Source: Tetramitus jugosus (taxonomy: Eukaryota; Protista; Heterolobosea). From it: DNA of 64,000 bases. The stretch spans positions 186,001 through 250,000 of the forward strand of contig OW569349.1 of assembly GCA_937625935.1 (NCBI GenBank), given 5' to 3'. The stretch's first letter is position 1; each line of letters starts with the position of its first letter. Both the position numbers and the translations under genes were made by a program. Under the pieces are notes generated by a model. That model saw only the letters and a program-made list of their open reading frames with translations. It had not been told where the DNA came from and ran no database searches. Positions 41,920 through 52,722 of the stretch are shown one piece after another.

Positions 41920-43206
41920 TTATGACAAAACTTTACGCCATACTACACTTGGGCCACATTCGTTATAATCCTTCTTTCTGATCCACAACTCCTTCATCTG
42001 AGGCAGACCAGCCAATATTGATCCACCACACCATACGGTCTCGTCTCTCGCTTTACTCGAATTGCTTGGCAGGTTCACACTCAACAGCGTACTAGGAGGC
42101 GCGATTTGCTCCAATTCTCTCTTCAATCTCGCTTGCATGCCACTCATGTTACTCACACCACCACTTAGCAAAACATTAGACATGAGTTCTTTACGAATGT
42201 CATACTCACACTCCTGAACACAATTGAACAATGTTTGAGCGATATTAGGAATTGGTTTGCCACATGTGTGATATGGATCGAACAACATTTCAGCAGCCTT
42301 CTTTCGCAACGTATCTGAAATTACAATCGTGGTTCCATCGGGTAACGTAAAGCTCTTGTCATAGGAACCAATTACATTTGTGTCTTTCCTCTTGTCCTTG
42401 CCGGCAGAGGATTTTGTAGGAGTGGATCCACCATTGGCCACCGATTCTCCGTTGGCAGTTTGACCACTGGATGATGATCCTGAAGGCAAAAATGGATTCG
42501 AGGACACAAAACACACTTCATGCTTCACATGATTCACGAGACTCACATCTGAAAAGACATGAGAATCACCACCAGAACTACTACTGATTGCACTTCCATC
42601 CATCTCAACATCTCCATCAACCGTAGTCGACGACTGTGGAGCAATGAACTGAATTTGTTTCGTTTTTTCTGCCTCCAACAAAATTTCTTGCAAATATTTT
42701 GTCATTTCACTTCCACTGACAAATGGTTCACGTTCACAAGCATGTGTCAACGCAAATCCATCATACACTGGACAGACAAAGCTCCGTGAATGACCCATAT
42801 CCAAAACAACACCATTGACCTTACCAGAGCAATACATGGCAAGAACACCTTGATTTGCAATGAAAAAACCAGGAACAGAGTACGTTTCAAAAAAATGTTG
42901 AGTCAATTGTTCAGAGTGTGACTTTGGAGCGAGTGGTGACTCTGCAATGAGCACTGGATGATCAGCAACTGATTCAGTCGTTAGTCTCATGTGTCCAAAC
43001 AGACCTTCTTTCAAGCTCTGATCCATTTTTTCAATGTTGACAATGTAACCGTTTTGGATGGCTTCTGGATGGGTGGAGAACTTTGTGAGTGGCACGTCGT
43101 CTGCATATTGATATTCTTCCTTGTCTGGGTGGTTGTTGCCAGCATAGCCAATTTTGGTGTTGTAGGCACCACAGTCGATGACGATTGGTCTCTCTAGATC
43201 AGACAT
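41920..43206 (-). CDS. Actin-related protein (divergent, ARP4-like with inserts)
   Basis: IVIDCGAYNTKIGYAG, HPVLIAE, FFETYSVPG, GVVLDMG, PVYDG, FTLPDG, DIRKELMSNVLLSGG, VWCGGSILA. Confidence 0.85.
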   Translation of the reverse strand: MSDLERPIVIDCGAYNTKIGYAGNNHPDKEEYQYADDVPLTKFSTHPEAIQNGYIVNIEKMDQSLKEGLFGHMRLTTESVADHPVLIAESPLAPKSHSEQLTQHFFETYSVPGFFIANQGVLAMYCSGKVNGVVLDMGHSRSFVCPVYDGFALTHACEREPFVSGSEMTKYLQEILLEAEKTKQIQFIAPQSSTTVDGDVEMDGSAISSSSGGDSHVFSDVSLVNHVKHEVCFVSSNPFLPSGSSSSGQTANGESVANGGSTPTKSSAGKDKRKDTNVIGSYDKSFTLPDGTTIVISDTLRKKAAEMLFDPYHTCGKPIPNIAQTLFNCVQECEYDIRKELMSNVLLSGGVSNMSGMQARLKRELEQIAPPSTLLSVNLPSNSSKARDETVWCGGSILAGLPQMKELWIRKKDYNECGPSVVWRKVLS

Positions 43207-43403
43207 TGTGTTGATTTGTTGATTTGTTGCTGAGTAAAAAGCTTTTTCAGATCTCAAAGTTCTGTTTGTGTTTGATTTACTGTGCGTTTTCTCTTGTTTT
43301 TTGGCGCCAGACAGATTTTTTGCTTTTTTTCAGTGTTTCAGTTCATCGTGCGAGAAACTCCGGTTACTACGGGTGGTCGATAGCAAAGCAAGAACTCTGT
43401 GGA

Positions 43404-44119
43404 ATGAGTAGGAAATCAGTTAGAATAAGTGAAGTGAATAACCTTGATGAGTTTGGAGGCAGTTCACCCAAGCTTTCCGTTTATAAGATATCGAGCAATC
43501 CTCCTTATGCAACGAGCAACAATAGTACAGACATTGGGCATGTGATTAGTGAACCAGTGTTCACAAAAGGAACTCCATGCGTGTACACCGAAACCTCAAC
43601 CGAAGGATTAGAATCCTATCATGATGACGATGTGGCAGGAAGTAGAATGAAAATAATGTAAGTACAATTGAGTTGACTCTTGCGATACTATCTAATAAAT
43701 GGAAGCTAAACCTCTCATTGTCCAGATTCTTTTTGGGACTATTTTTTCCATTCTGCTGGTTTCTTGCAGTGTATTATAGGCATTCTAAGAGTAAGGTGGT
43801 GTCCAGGTGGAAAAGATATTGCTACATTGGTTTAATCATATACATTGCTCTGATTCTTTGCATAATTTGGTTGGGACTGGTGATTGCATTTAATCTGTCC
43901 CGAATAGAAGCTGTTCCATTCTCTGGCAGGATGAGAGTTTACTACGTGAACGATGCTTTTGTTAAAAGTGTGAAGATGGAATTTGGAGAGTTTTTGTGCT
44001 TGTTAATCGGACCGATATTATTCATTGTTGTGTTGTATGATCCCATCGCAAGTGCTGTCAGATACATAACATCAGGAGCAGCACTGCGAGACATCAAGAG
44101 ATTGGTTCAAAGGGATTGA
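43404..44119 (+). CDS. Hypothetical membrane protein, 2 exons
   Basis: GTAAGT intron 43658-43725 joins ORFs 43224-43661 and 43673-44119 in frame; three hydrophobic helices. Confidence 0.6.
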
Positions 44120-44154
44120 CTGACATCAATAGCACTTGGATCTAAACAAACCAT

Positions 44155-47100
44155 TTATAAAATTTCCTTAATCAAAGATCTGAATGTGATGAGATTACCT
44201 GTAAACTTGTCACGATTTCTTGCTTCCAAGTCCATTTCAACACCACTCATTAATTTTTCGAATGAATCTCTCACCTTTTGCTGTCTTTCCTCATTTCCAC
44301 CAATATTTGATGATATCTGTTGCTTTAGTTGTTCAAAGAATGCAGGGTTGATCACAATCAAACTCAACATTGTTCGGGACAAACTCCATTGATTACCACA
44401 TTCCTGGAACATTATCATATTGAAGAATAAGGCTAGAGTTCTTGGGAACAAATCAGGGCTCTGCTTCAAATGATTCTGAAGCATTTGAGCCTGTGGAGAA
44501 TTTTTCTTTGCTTGAACATAATAGTAGGTGCACAAATGATCCAATGCAGCACAGATTTGAGAAGATAGACTCATATCATCCAATTTGATTCCCTCTTCCA
44601 ATGAGGTGACCAATTGCAAAAAGGTAGGTGTATCAAAAGCAATAACCATCTCAGTGTGACTGTTAAATAGTATCTCCAACAAACCAAAATAGGCTTTGCA
44701 GATTTTAGGATATGCCACAATATCCTTGAGTGGAATTGACAGTGCCAATCTTATCACAATGTCCAGCGCCTTAATCAATGAGTTGTCATTGTAAAGTTTA
44801 AACACACCAAAATTACAGAAGTTTCCAGAAAGACTTCTAGCCAACACGGTCATCGCAACATGAATTCCTTTGTATCGTTCATCATATACATCTCTTTGAA
44901 CAGCAACATTGGCAATTCTTGTACCATATGTGCAGAGGAGATCGCTAGTTTCCTTAAACAATAGAATACCATTGGGTGAGTTGCTTCCAAAAGTAATACG
45001 GGAACTCTTGCTAGATACGAATTCTGCCAAGAACTTTAGCATACAATTCATCACTTCTGGATTGTTGAACCAAACTTCTGCTGCTCGATTCAAGATCTTA
45101 ATGTGGTTCGGATAGAGCCAATCAAACAAATATGAATAATTTTTCTTGTTGGCACAACCAGTACACACACCACGCAGATCTCTCAACCAACCAACAAGCA
45201 CTTGCTTGACGTCATCCCTTCTAAACATTTCTGGGTTATTAATGGCTTCAAGTTGCAAGCACACAGCTTCGAGTGGCCGCATAAAGTCGATAAAGTCTTC
45301 CTCTGTGTAATCAGACAAAAACAAGAACTTGCACAATGTGTGATAGAATGAGGTTCTGTAGCGATGATTGTCTGATACACCCAAGAATGGGAAGGTTTGA
45401 ACACCATGATTCTTGAGAATAAATTTAGTAGAATCAAGCTTTACAGCTAGTTTGGCACTCGAGTATCCTGTTGCAATATCATCAAACAAGGCAAGAGTTA
45501 GCTTCACTACATTCTCAGAGTTTGCCCATATCTTCAGATTTGTCGCAATTTTGTTAATGAACAAGTTAAGTATCTGCAATTGATCTGATAATTGAGGCAA
45601 CAATTCGCCTAATCGAACATAAACCTTGGAATGTGTCACCATAGTATCTCCCAAATAAACTCGTTTAAAATGCTTCATGAAGTACATCATTGAACTCTCC
45701 AAATATTGGACTGAATCCTCATCATGTGCGTCAGGGTCGAATTGAACTCTCGCAGTAATCAATGGAATAATATCGAACACTCTAGCACTTAAATTAGCAT
45801 CTATAATTTCGGAGTCCTCTGAGTGACCAGAGCTTACATATCTCTTTCCAATAACTGCACCAAACATATAAATGAGCCAAGTGAGTTGAGCTTCCAACTC
45901 TTCGAATGACGAAGAATTCTTTGTTTGCAATCCTTCTCTGTATTTGAGAACCAATGGATCAAACAGCGCAGTGAACACTTGTCCAATTTTTTCATACGAA
46001 GAATGAACCAACTGTGGCAAAGCTTCTAATTGCTCATCTAAGCTCTCCTTATGTTCAAGTGGATTCTCAATAGTATCATCGTGTACACATCCTCTCGCAT
46101 ATTCCAGTCTCGAGACAATATATTGTTCACAAATGGTCGGCACATGGGTATCCAAATGACTGTCCATATCGGATTTAAGATAAGGCTTGGATGCAACCAA
46201 GCGAGACCATAGATTTAAAATATAAAACACGCTAGGACCAGCATACTAATACAATGTTTCATGTTAGAACGTACCATGATAAGAGATGATAAACAAAAAG
46301 ACAACATACTCTCCACATTCTGAAGCTTTCCGTAGAAAACTTTGCGCATAATTCAATCCATTTTGTGTATCCTGTGCAAGACACAAATTCGTTCAATTGG
46401 AAATTTGATTTGATACGTGCCAATAGTCTGCAAAACTCGTGATAATTCTCCTGATCTGTCAATCCATTATTGTTCTCCAATACTGCGATCATTCCATCAA
46501 TAAATTTGTTCAAATAAACCTTTCTCTCTTCATCTCCTGTAAAGAGAGATCGACGAATGCTGGACAACATAACCAGAATTTGCAATACCTTTGCCTTGCC
46601 ATACTGAGTAGGAAGTTGAATATACAACATCCAGAATAATTGAATAGTATCGGATTCCTCAAACAAAGGCTTCCATGGTGCAGGTATCTGGATGGTTCCA
46701 ATATCCTCTGTTGATTCATCAGGGAAAATACCAACAAAATCAAACTTTAATGCATTCACACAAAGCTCCAATGCCTCTAATGACAATTTTTGTTGTGGTG
46801 AATTGAGAGGTTTGTCTGTTACAATCAAAGAAAAGCAAGATTAGTGAACTGTGTTTTCAATCAAAATATCATCAAAACGAGTGAATTCGCATACCTTCTT
46901 TCAAGATCTCTCTCAATGTGAATATACCTGTTTCAAAAATTCCTCTCAAGGCCAAGTCTCTAAAAGACACTGCAATTTTTCTGTGTTGTGTCAAACTCTT
47001 TCTTGTGGACAACGTGTTCATCTCCACAATAATGTTATTCAATAGTTGGATACCAATGGTTGAAGACACTGTACGCCCCGATTGAATGAAATATTTTTTG

Positions 47101-47584
47101 ATTTCTTCTGGAAGGTCCTTACTTGCCTGATCTTCTAACCATCCGAGCTTTGTGATTCGACCCAACAACTGCATAATAATTTGTAAAACAAAGGGAGGTT
47201 GACTAGCACCAGCCTGACCCAGAAAAGCACACAAAAAGTTTCCTATTCGTTCATGCAAGAACAGATAATTTGTGTTAATACACTTACACACGATACAAAA
47301 AATGATACTTGTTATTTTTGAAAAGCAAACCACATACGAATTTCACTCTTTTGAGTGCTTGAAAACGAGTTCCAATTATTGGTGAATAGCTTTAGCATTT
47401 GTGATGCTGAAAAGAAGAGAGCAAATGGATTCTTTGATTTCTCAATCAACATTTTAAGATCTCCTATACTTTCAACTCTACCAAATCCTGATAGCTGTTG
47501 TTCAGCCAAGTTACGCTCATTCGTAGGAGCATTGTATACTTGTTCGCATGCTAGTTCAATTTTCCGCAATATGTCCTCATTCAT
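44155..47584 (-). CDS. XPO7: Exportin-7 (RanBP16), 4 exons
   Basis: Introns 47337-47243, 46894-46816 and 46309-46246 all keep the frame. GRITKLGW, HRKIAVSFRD, FDFVGIFPDES, NYHEFCRLLARIKSNFQL, LRDLRG, SPNGILLFKE, NQWSLSR, NRDKFT. Confidence 0.95.
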
Positions 47585-48053
47585 GGTTTTTGTGTAAAAG
47601 TGATTGTTCGCTTTTAAGTTCTTCTAATTTTGATAAAAAAAATGGGGAGATTTGCTGCTGTGGGAGTACTGGGGATCGTATGATAATTCAAGTTCAATTT
47701 GAGCTGCTTGTTTATTGACGATACTTGTGAAAAAATAAGGAAAGTTGAATGGTGTTGGATCTCAGAGTATGTACAAGTGCGTTTGTTTTCTGTTTTTCGA
47801 GGGAAAAAAATTGCGCCAACAGGTCAACCTGATCGCCAAAGAAAATAACAATTCACCGACCAAGTTCTCTCTTCTTTTGAACACGTGCTGATTGCACCAC
47901 CTTCAAATAACACGAGTCGTCAAATAGTTTGAAATATTCATGTAGTTCAACAATGTTGTTGTTGGGTATGTCATACCTACTTTCCACAAATCTCTGTAAC
48001 AGCAATTTTGGGCGGCAAAAAATCTCATGATCTCCGATCCCTCATAAACAAAA

Positions 48054-48571
48054 ATGCGACAACAACCCCACAATCAGATGGCCCAAGAATCAGACTTTGC
48101 CAGCTCTGCCATTCACTTTTTGTTCCCTACACCCGAGATGGTTCAGAGGTAAGCTTCACCTGACCACCAACCAACCAATCAACATAAAAACACAAAGACT
48201 AATATTTTTTTCATGTGCATAGAAATGTTGTCAGAAGATTGTCAACACTCATCTATCAGATCAATCCATCTTCACAACATCAATCAACAACATCTACTTC
48301 TCGGTCAGCAAGCACTAATCACAACAACAAATCATATCGAAATGCAATGCATTCGTCACAACAACAGAAGTCTTCTCCGATTCTGATACACAAGGACAAT
48401 GAGAGCCGATTACGCCATTTAAATGCCTCAAGAAGAAACAATTCGCATCAGTTGTCTCATTATAGGGGAACGAATCAAGAGTTTGTAGAGTCCATTGCAC
48501 AGCATTATTTTTTGCATCATGGTCACAACAGTAGTAGAGTTTTTGTAAATAAAAGAGAAAGCATGTGGTAG
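48054..48571 (+). CDS. Small hypothetical protein (147 aa), 2 exons
   Basis: Exon 1 48054-48148, GTAAGC intron 48149-48222 with ACTAAT branch-like site and TAG acceptor, in frame with ORF 48215-48571. Confidence 0.55.
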
Positions 48572-48851
48572 TTCAATTGGCACCCAAACAAGTGGAACTG
48601 TTGCTCTCCCGGTTGTCGCACCAATATTTTTTTCGCATTTCGTCTCAAATGTCATTTCAACTTGATGGTCAACTCCAATCCCGACAAAAGTGAAGCGAAT
48701 CCGCTGAGACGATGACACTGTTGATCAATCATCACTGTTGAAATTACCACAAAACAAAAAAAAACCAACTACTACTTCCTGTACAAAACAACAAACAACA
48801 ACCCCCAAAACAACCCCTGTATCTTTACTTTACCCTTCTATTTATTTGATC

Positions 48852-50735
48852 ATGTCCATCAAGAACGGTACGTATTCTTCTTCACTTTTTTTTTTTCGCT
48901 CAAGCAAATTTGCTAACAACAATCATCAATTATCAACAACAGTTCAATTGTACGCAGGTGCTCCAAACACCGAAAGAGGTCGACCAACCAACGTCAAGGC
49001 TGCTCCAGTCAAGAATGGCAAAAAATTGATTTACGGAAGTGGAACAAATGTTGTGATTCGTGACTTGAACAATCCAATGGTCTCTGAACTCTACACTGGT
49101 CACTCTCAAAGAGTCACTGCTGCTGCGTTCAGTCCAAGTGGATACTATGTGTGCTCTGGTGACGAAGGTGGTATGATCAGAATTTGGGCCACTGACAATG
49201 TTGACAGAACATTGAAGCTCGAGATTCAACCATTGAGCGGTGCCATCAGAGATATCGCATGGACCCCTGACAGTCAAAGAGTTGTTGTTGTTGGTGAAGG
49301 CAAGGGAACTTATGCTCATGTCTTCTTGTGGGACTCTGGTTCTCCAGTTGGTGAGATCTCTGGTCACAGCAAGGGTATCTTGTCATGTGATGTGAGACAG
49401 GACAGACCATTCAGAATTGCTACTGGTGCTGAAGACATGTCTGTCAACTTTTACAAGGGGCCTCCATTCAAGTTCTCTCATTCGTTGAACGATGTTCACA
49501 CAAACTTTGTCAATTGTGTTCGTTTCTCACCAAACAATGAAAAGATTGTCTCTGTTTCCAGTGACAAGACTGGATTTGTTTTCGAGGCAAAGGAAGGTAC
49601 CAAGATTGGTGCTTTGGCAGATGGTCACAAGATGTCAATCTATGGAGCCACATGGACCCATGATTCTTCAAAGATTATTACTGCTTCATCCGATAAGACT
49701 GTCAAGGTTTGGGATGCTGAGTCAAGAACTGTTGTCTCTACCATTACTGTCGGTGCCAATATCGAAGATCAACAAGTCGGTGCTGTTCGTGTTGACGACG
49801 CTGTTTGCTCCATCTCCTTGAGTGGTGATGTGAACGTGTTGGACATTGCAAATGCAAAGGTCAGCCAAGTGATCTCTGGTCACAACAACAAGATTTACAG
49901 ATTGGTGTACAATGCTAACTCCAAGACTTTCTATACTTCTGGTGCTGATGGTGTTATCATCGCATGGGACTATGGCAAGGGAAGCAAGGCTAGAGTCAGT
50001 GGCAAGGGTCACACCGCTGCTGTCAACTGTCTTGAATTGTATGGCGATAATGAACTTGTTACCGCTTCTATTCAAAACAATGTCAGATTTGTGCCGTTGG
50101 ACACCTTTGAGTATCCAAAGGAGGAAATTAAGCTCAGCGGATGCCCAAGTGACTTGGCTGTCTCTGGTGATGTTGTGTTTGTGGCTACACACAAGGGTGT
50201 ATCCATCATTAAGAACAAGCAGTTGATCAATGAACAATCTGACTTTGGATTCGATGTATTGTCAATTGATGTTTCAAAGGACGGAAGCAAGGTTGTTATT
50301 GGTGGTGCTGACAAGAAGGCTAGATTGTTCGACTTTGATGGTTCCAAATTGGTCAAGAAGGCTGATTTTGAAGCTCAACGTGGTAGAATCACCAAGGTTT
50401 CCTTCTCCCCTGATGCATCTCTTGTTGCTGTTGGTGACTCTAACCGTGAAATTGTTGTGTACAATACTGATAGCCAATCTGTTGCATACAGCAACCTCGT
50501 GTTCCACACTTCCCAAATCAATGATTTGTCATGGAGTCCAAGTGGCGAATATTTGGCCAGTGCTGCTGTCGAAAAGAACATTATCATCTGGAACTTGAAG
50601 GAGAACAAGAGAGCAATTACCGACATTGCTCACTTGGGTGGTGTTTCTGCTATCACCTTTGTGTCTGATGAAGAGAACACTGTTTTGACTGCTGGTGGTG
50701 ATCTGTGCATCAAATCTTGGCAATTCCAATTCTAA
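48852..50735 (+). CDS. WDR1: Actin-interacting protein 1 (WDR1/AIP1), double WD40 propeller, 2 exons
   Basis: In-frame 75-bp intron 48868-48942 (GTACGT..GCTAAC..CAG). PNTERG, SPSGYYVCSGD, RPFRIATG, GPPFKF, FVNCVRFSP. Confidence 0.93.
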   Translation: MSIKNGTYSSSLFFFRSSKFANNNHQLSTTVQLYAGAPNTERGRPTNVKAAPVKNGKKLIYGSGTNVVIRDLNNPMVSELYTGHSQRVTAAAFSPSGYYVCSGDEGGMIRIWATDNVDRTLKLEIQPLSGAIRDIAWTPDSQRVVVVGEGKGTYAHVFLWDSGSPVGEISGHSKGILSCDVRQDRPFRIATGAEDMSVNFYKGPPFKFSHSLNDVHTNFVNCVRFSPNNEKIVSVSSDKTGFVFEAKEGTKIGALADGHKMSIYGATWTHDSSKIITASSDKTVKVWDAESRTVVSTITVGANIEDQQVGAVRVDDAVCSISLSGDVNVLDIANAKVSQVISGHNNKIYRLVYNANSKTFYTSGADGVIIAWDYGKGSKARVSGKGHTAAVNCLELYGDNELVTASIQNNVRFVPLDTFEYPKEEIKLSGCPSDLAVSGDVVFVATHKGVSIIKNKQLINEQSDFGFDVLSIDVSKDGSKVVIGGADKKARLFDFDGSKLVKKADFEAQRGRITKVSFSPDASLVAVGDSNREIVVYNTDSQSVAYSNLVFHTSQINDLSWSPSGEYLASAAVEKNIIIWNLKENKRAITDIAHLGGVSAITFVSDEENTVLTAGGDLCIKSWQFQF

Positions 50736-51162
50736 ATGAATTATTGAAGAAAGGGAAAACTTCTTTCCTCTCTATTTGATTGTTCGTGCTGCCTTCCTTG
50801 TTTGCACTTGTTTGTTGATTTCATTATTCCAACCTTACTCGAATGGGAATGCTTTCTAAAAAAGGTGTCGGGTGTTTCCCTAAATTTTACAAACACCAGA
50901 TTTTGACATGGGAATGCGAGAGATAGCGAACACCTTGAAGCCCTGATCGGGGCTTTCAATTACACACGAATAGCAGAGAGCAAGGTTGATTGAAGTTCAA
51001 TCGTGTACCCAGCCTCCCATTCTCATTGGCGAGTCTTGAGGGTTGCCCACACTGGCAGACAACACAACAACACACTCAACAAGTTCTCTGCAACTACTAA
51101 CACCAACATCAATACTTCTTAGTTTCACCAACTCTCACCTATTCCTCCTCTTTCCATCTAAG

Positions 51163-52110
51163 ATGTCAAAAAAAATGCTAGTAGTCCGTGATATCCCTTC
51201 AAACAAGGTTTTTGCTCTTGCCCCCAACCAAACACCATTGGATGACAGTAACAAAGAGAATGAGGCCCCCATAAACTTTGAGTGTAATCCAAGACAAGAT
51301 GAGACAAACGCAAAAATCCGTACCAACTTGTCCAATAATTCCTGTTTTATAACAGGAGGTCGTGTACCACTGAGGGAGCTGGGAAATAATACCATCAATC
51401 GCCCAACTAAGACCAAATTGAATGATGTAAGATCTTCAGAGGATGTTGAATTCACTTTCCACATGAGTCAAGAAATCCCAAAAGAGCCAGAGGCCTATTA
51501 TAATCTGAAGATTCGATTAAAGCAGGATTATCTCACATTTTTGTTCGAGCTCGACATCAATGATATCAAAGCCTATCACATCACATATAGAGCGATAATG
51601 TTGTTGGATATATGTTGGGCAAATTATTTGAGCCGAGCAAGGGTAACTGTCTCAGATGTCGTGAACTGGGCTCATGTTTGCACGTTGTCCGTGCTATCAC
51701 TGGAAAATACCTACGGAGAGGTGAGTAATCTGTTCAGTGACGTGTTCATGGTTCGTAATATCCCTGCAACTCAAATGAGTATTTTGGAGATTACTAGTAA
51801 TTGTGGTATTCCTACTGTCACACCCTTTGCTGTCTTGGATTGGTATTTAGAGGGACAACCACGAAGCATAAACACTCAAGATATGATTGAGAAAGTTCTA
51901 GACATCATTCATGAGTCTAATATTGATTACTACAAACCAAGCATTGTTACAGCAAGTGCTCTCTCCGTCTATACCGGCGGACCCGGTTTACCTGTTTGGA
52001 CCAGAGATTTTGAAGCAATAGCCCCATTCTCGCAAGATTTGAGTAATTGTATCATGGAGATGAGGAGACGTCTTGTGCAAACCGTGAGTCTTGAGCAAGA
52101 AAATGCTTAA
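51163..52110 (+). CDS. Divergent A/B-type cyclin-like protein with KEN box and D-box
   Basis: KEN at 51253, RVPLRELGN at 51361; cyclin-fold-like helices (YRAIMLLD, PTVTPFAVL, YKPSIVTASAL, WT..DLSNCI). Confidence 0.65.
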   Translation: MSKKMLVVRDIPSNKVFALAPNQTPLDDSNKENEAPINFECNPRQDETNAKIRTNLSNNSCFITGGRVPLRELGNNTINRPTKTKLNDVRSSEDVEFTFHMSQEIPKEPEAYYNLKIRLKQDYLTFLFELDINDIKAYHITYRAIMLLDICWANYLSRARVTVSDVVNWAHVCTLSVLSLENTYGEVSNLFSDVFMVRNIPATQMSILEITSNCGIPTVTPFAVLDWYLEGQPRSINTQDMIEKVLDIIHESNIDYYKPSIVTASALSVYTGGPGLPVWTRDFEAIAPFSQDLSNCIMEMRRRLVQTVSLEQENA

Positions 52111-52722
52111 GCTTCAGTCAACCTGCTCCCAGATTTTTTTTGAATGTACGAGTCAGCGATGACAGCTTATTGAGAGGATCAACGGCAGATCATTACCTAA
52201 TTAAATTATTGATTCATAACTTTGTATTCCCACAACAAGATCACATTTTTTCACACGCCAAATGTCAACCTGTCAAATATTACAAAATTATCCACAACGT
52301 CACACGTCAAATAAATGTGACAATTTCAAATTCCTGTGCCGGTCGGTGGAATGGATCAAGCTCCGACGACCAACACCACACAGAGATTGTTGTGACTGAT
52401 GGACGGTCCCACACAAGGATGTGCCAACCATTTCCAGATTTCGTCTATCATCACTCAAACAACAACTTCCATTCCAACAACAACCACAAAAACAAACCAT
52501 CAAAAAAAGCTCAACTCGGGAGGTGCAGTGTGTGATTGTGTGAAATTAACAACAACAGTAACAACTGAAAAACAAACAACAACTAGACTTCCATTTTTTT
52601 GTAAAGTTTTCCTCTTGTGCCCAAAATCAACAACAACAACAAAAAAATCATCACCAGAGCCATCTCCAAAGCACCCCTTTTTTTCGTAAAGTCGACGAAC
52701 AAACAATAACAACAACAATAGC

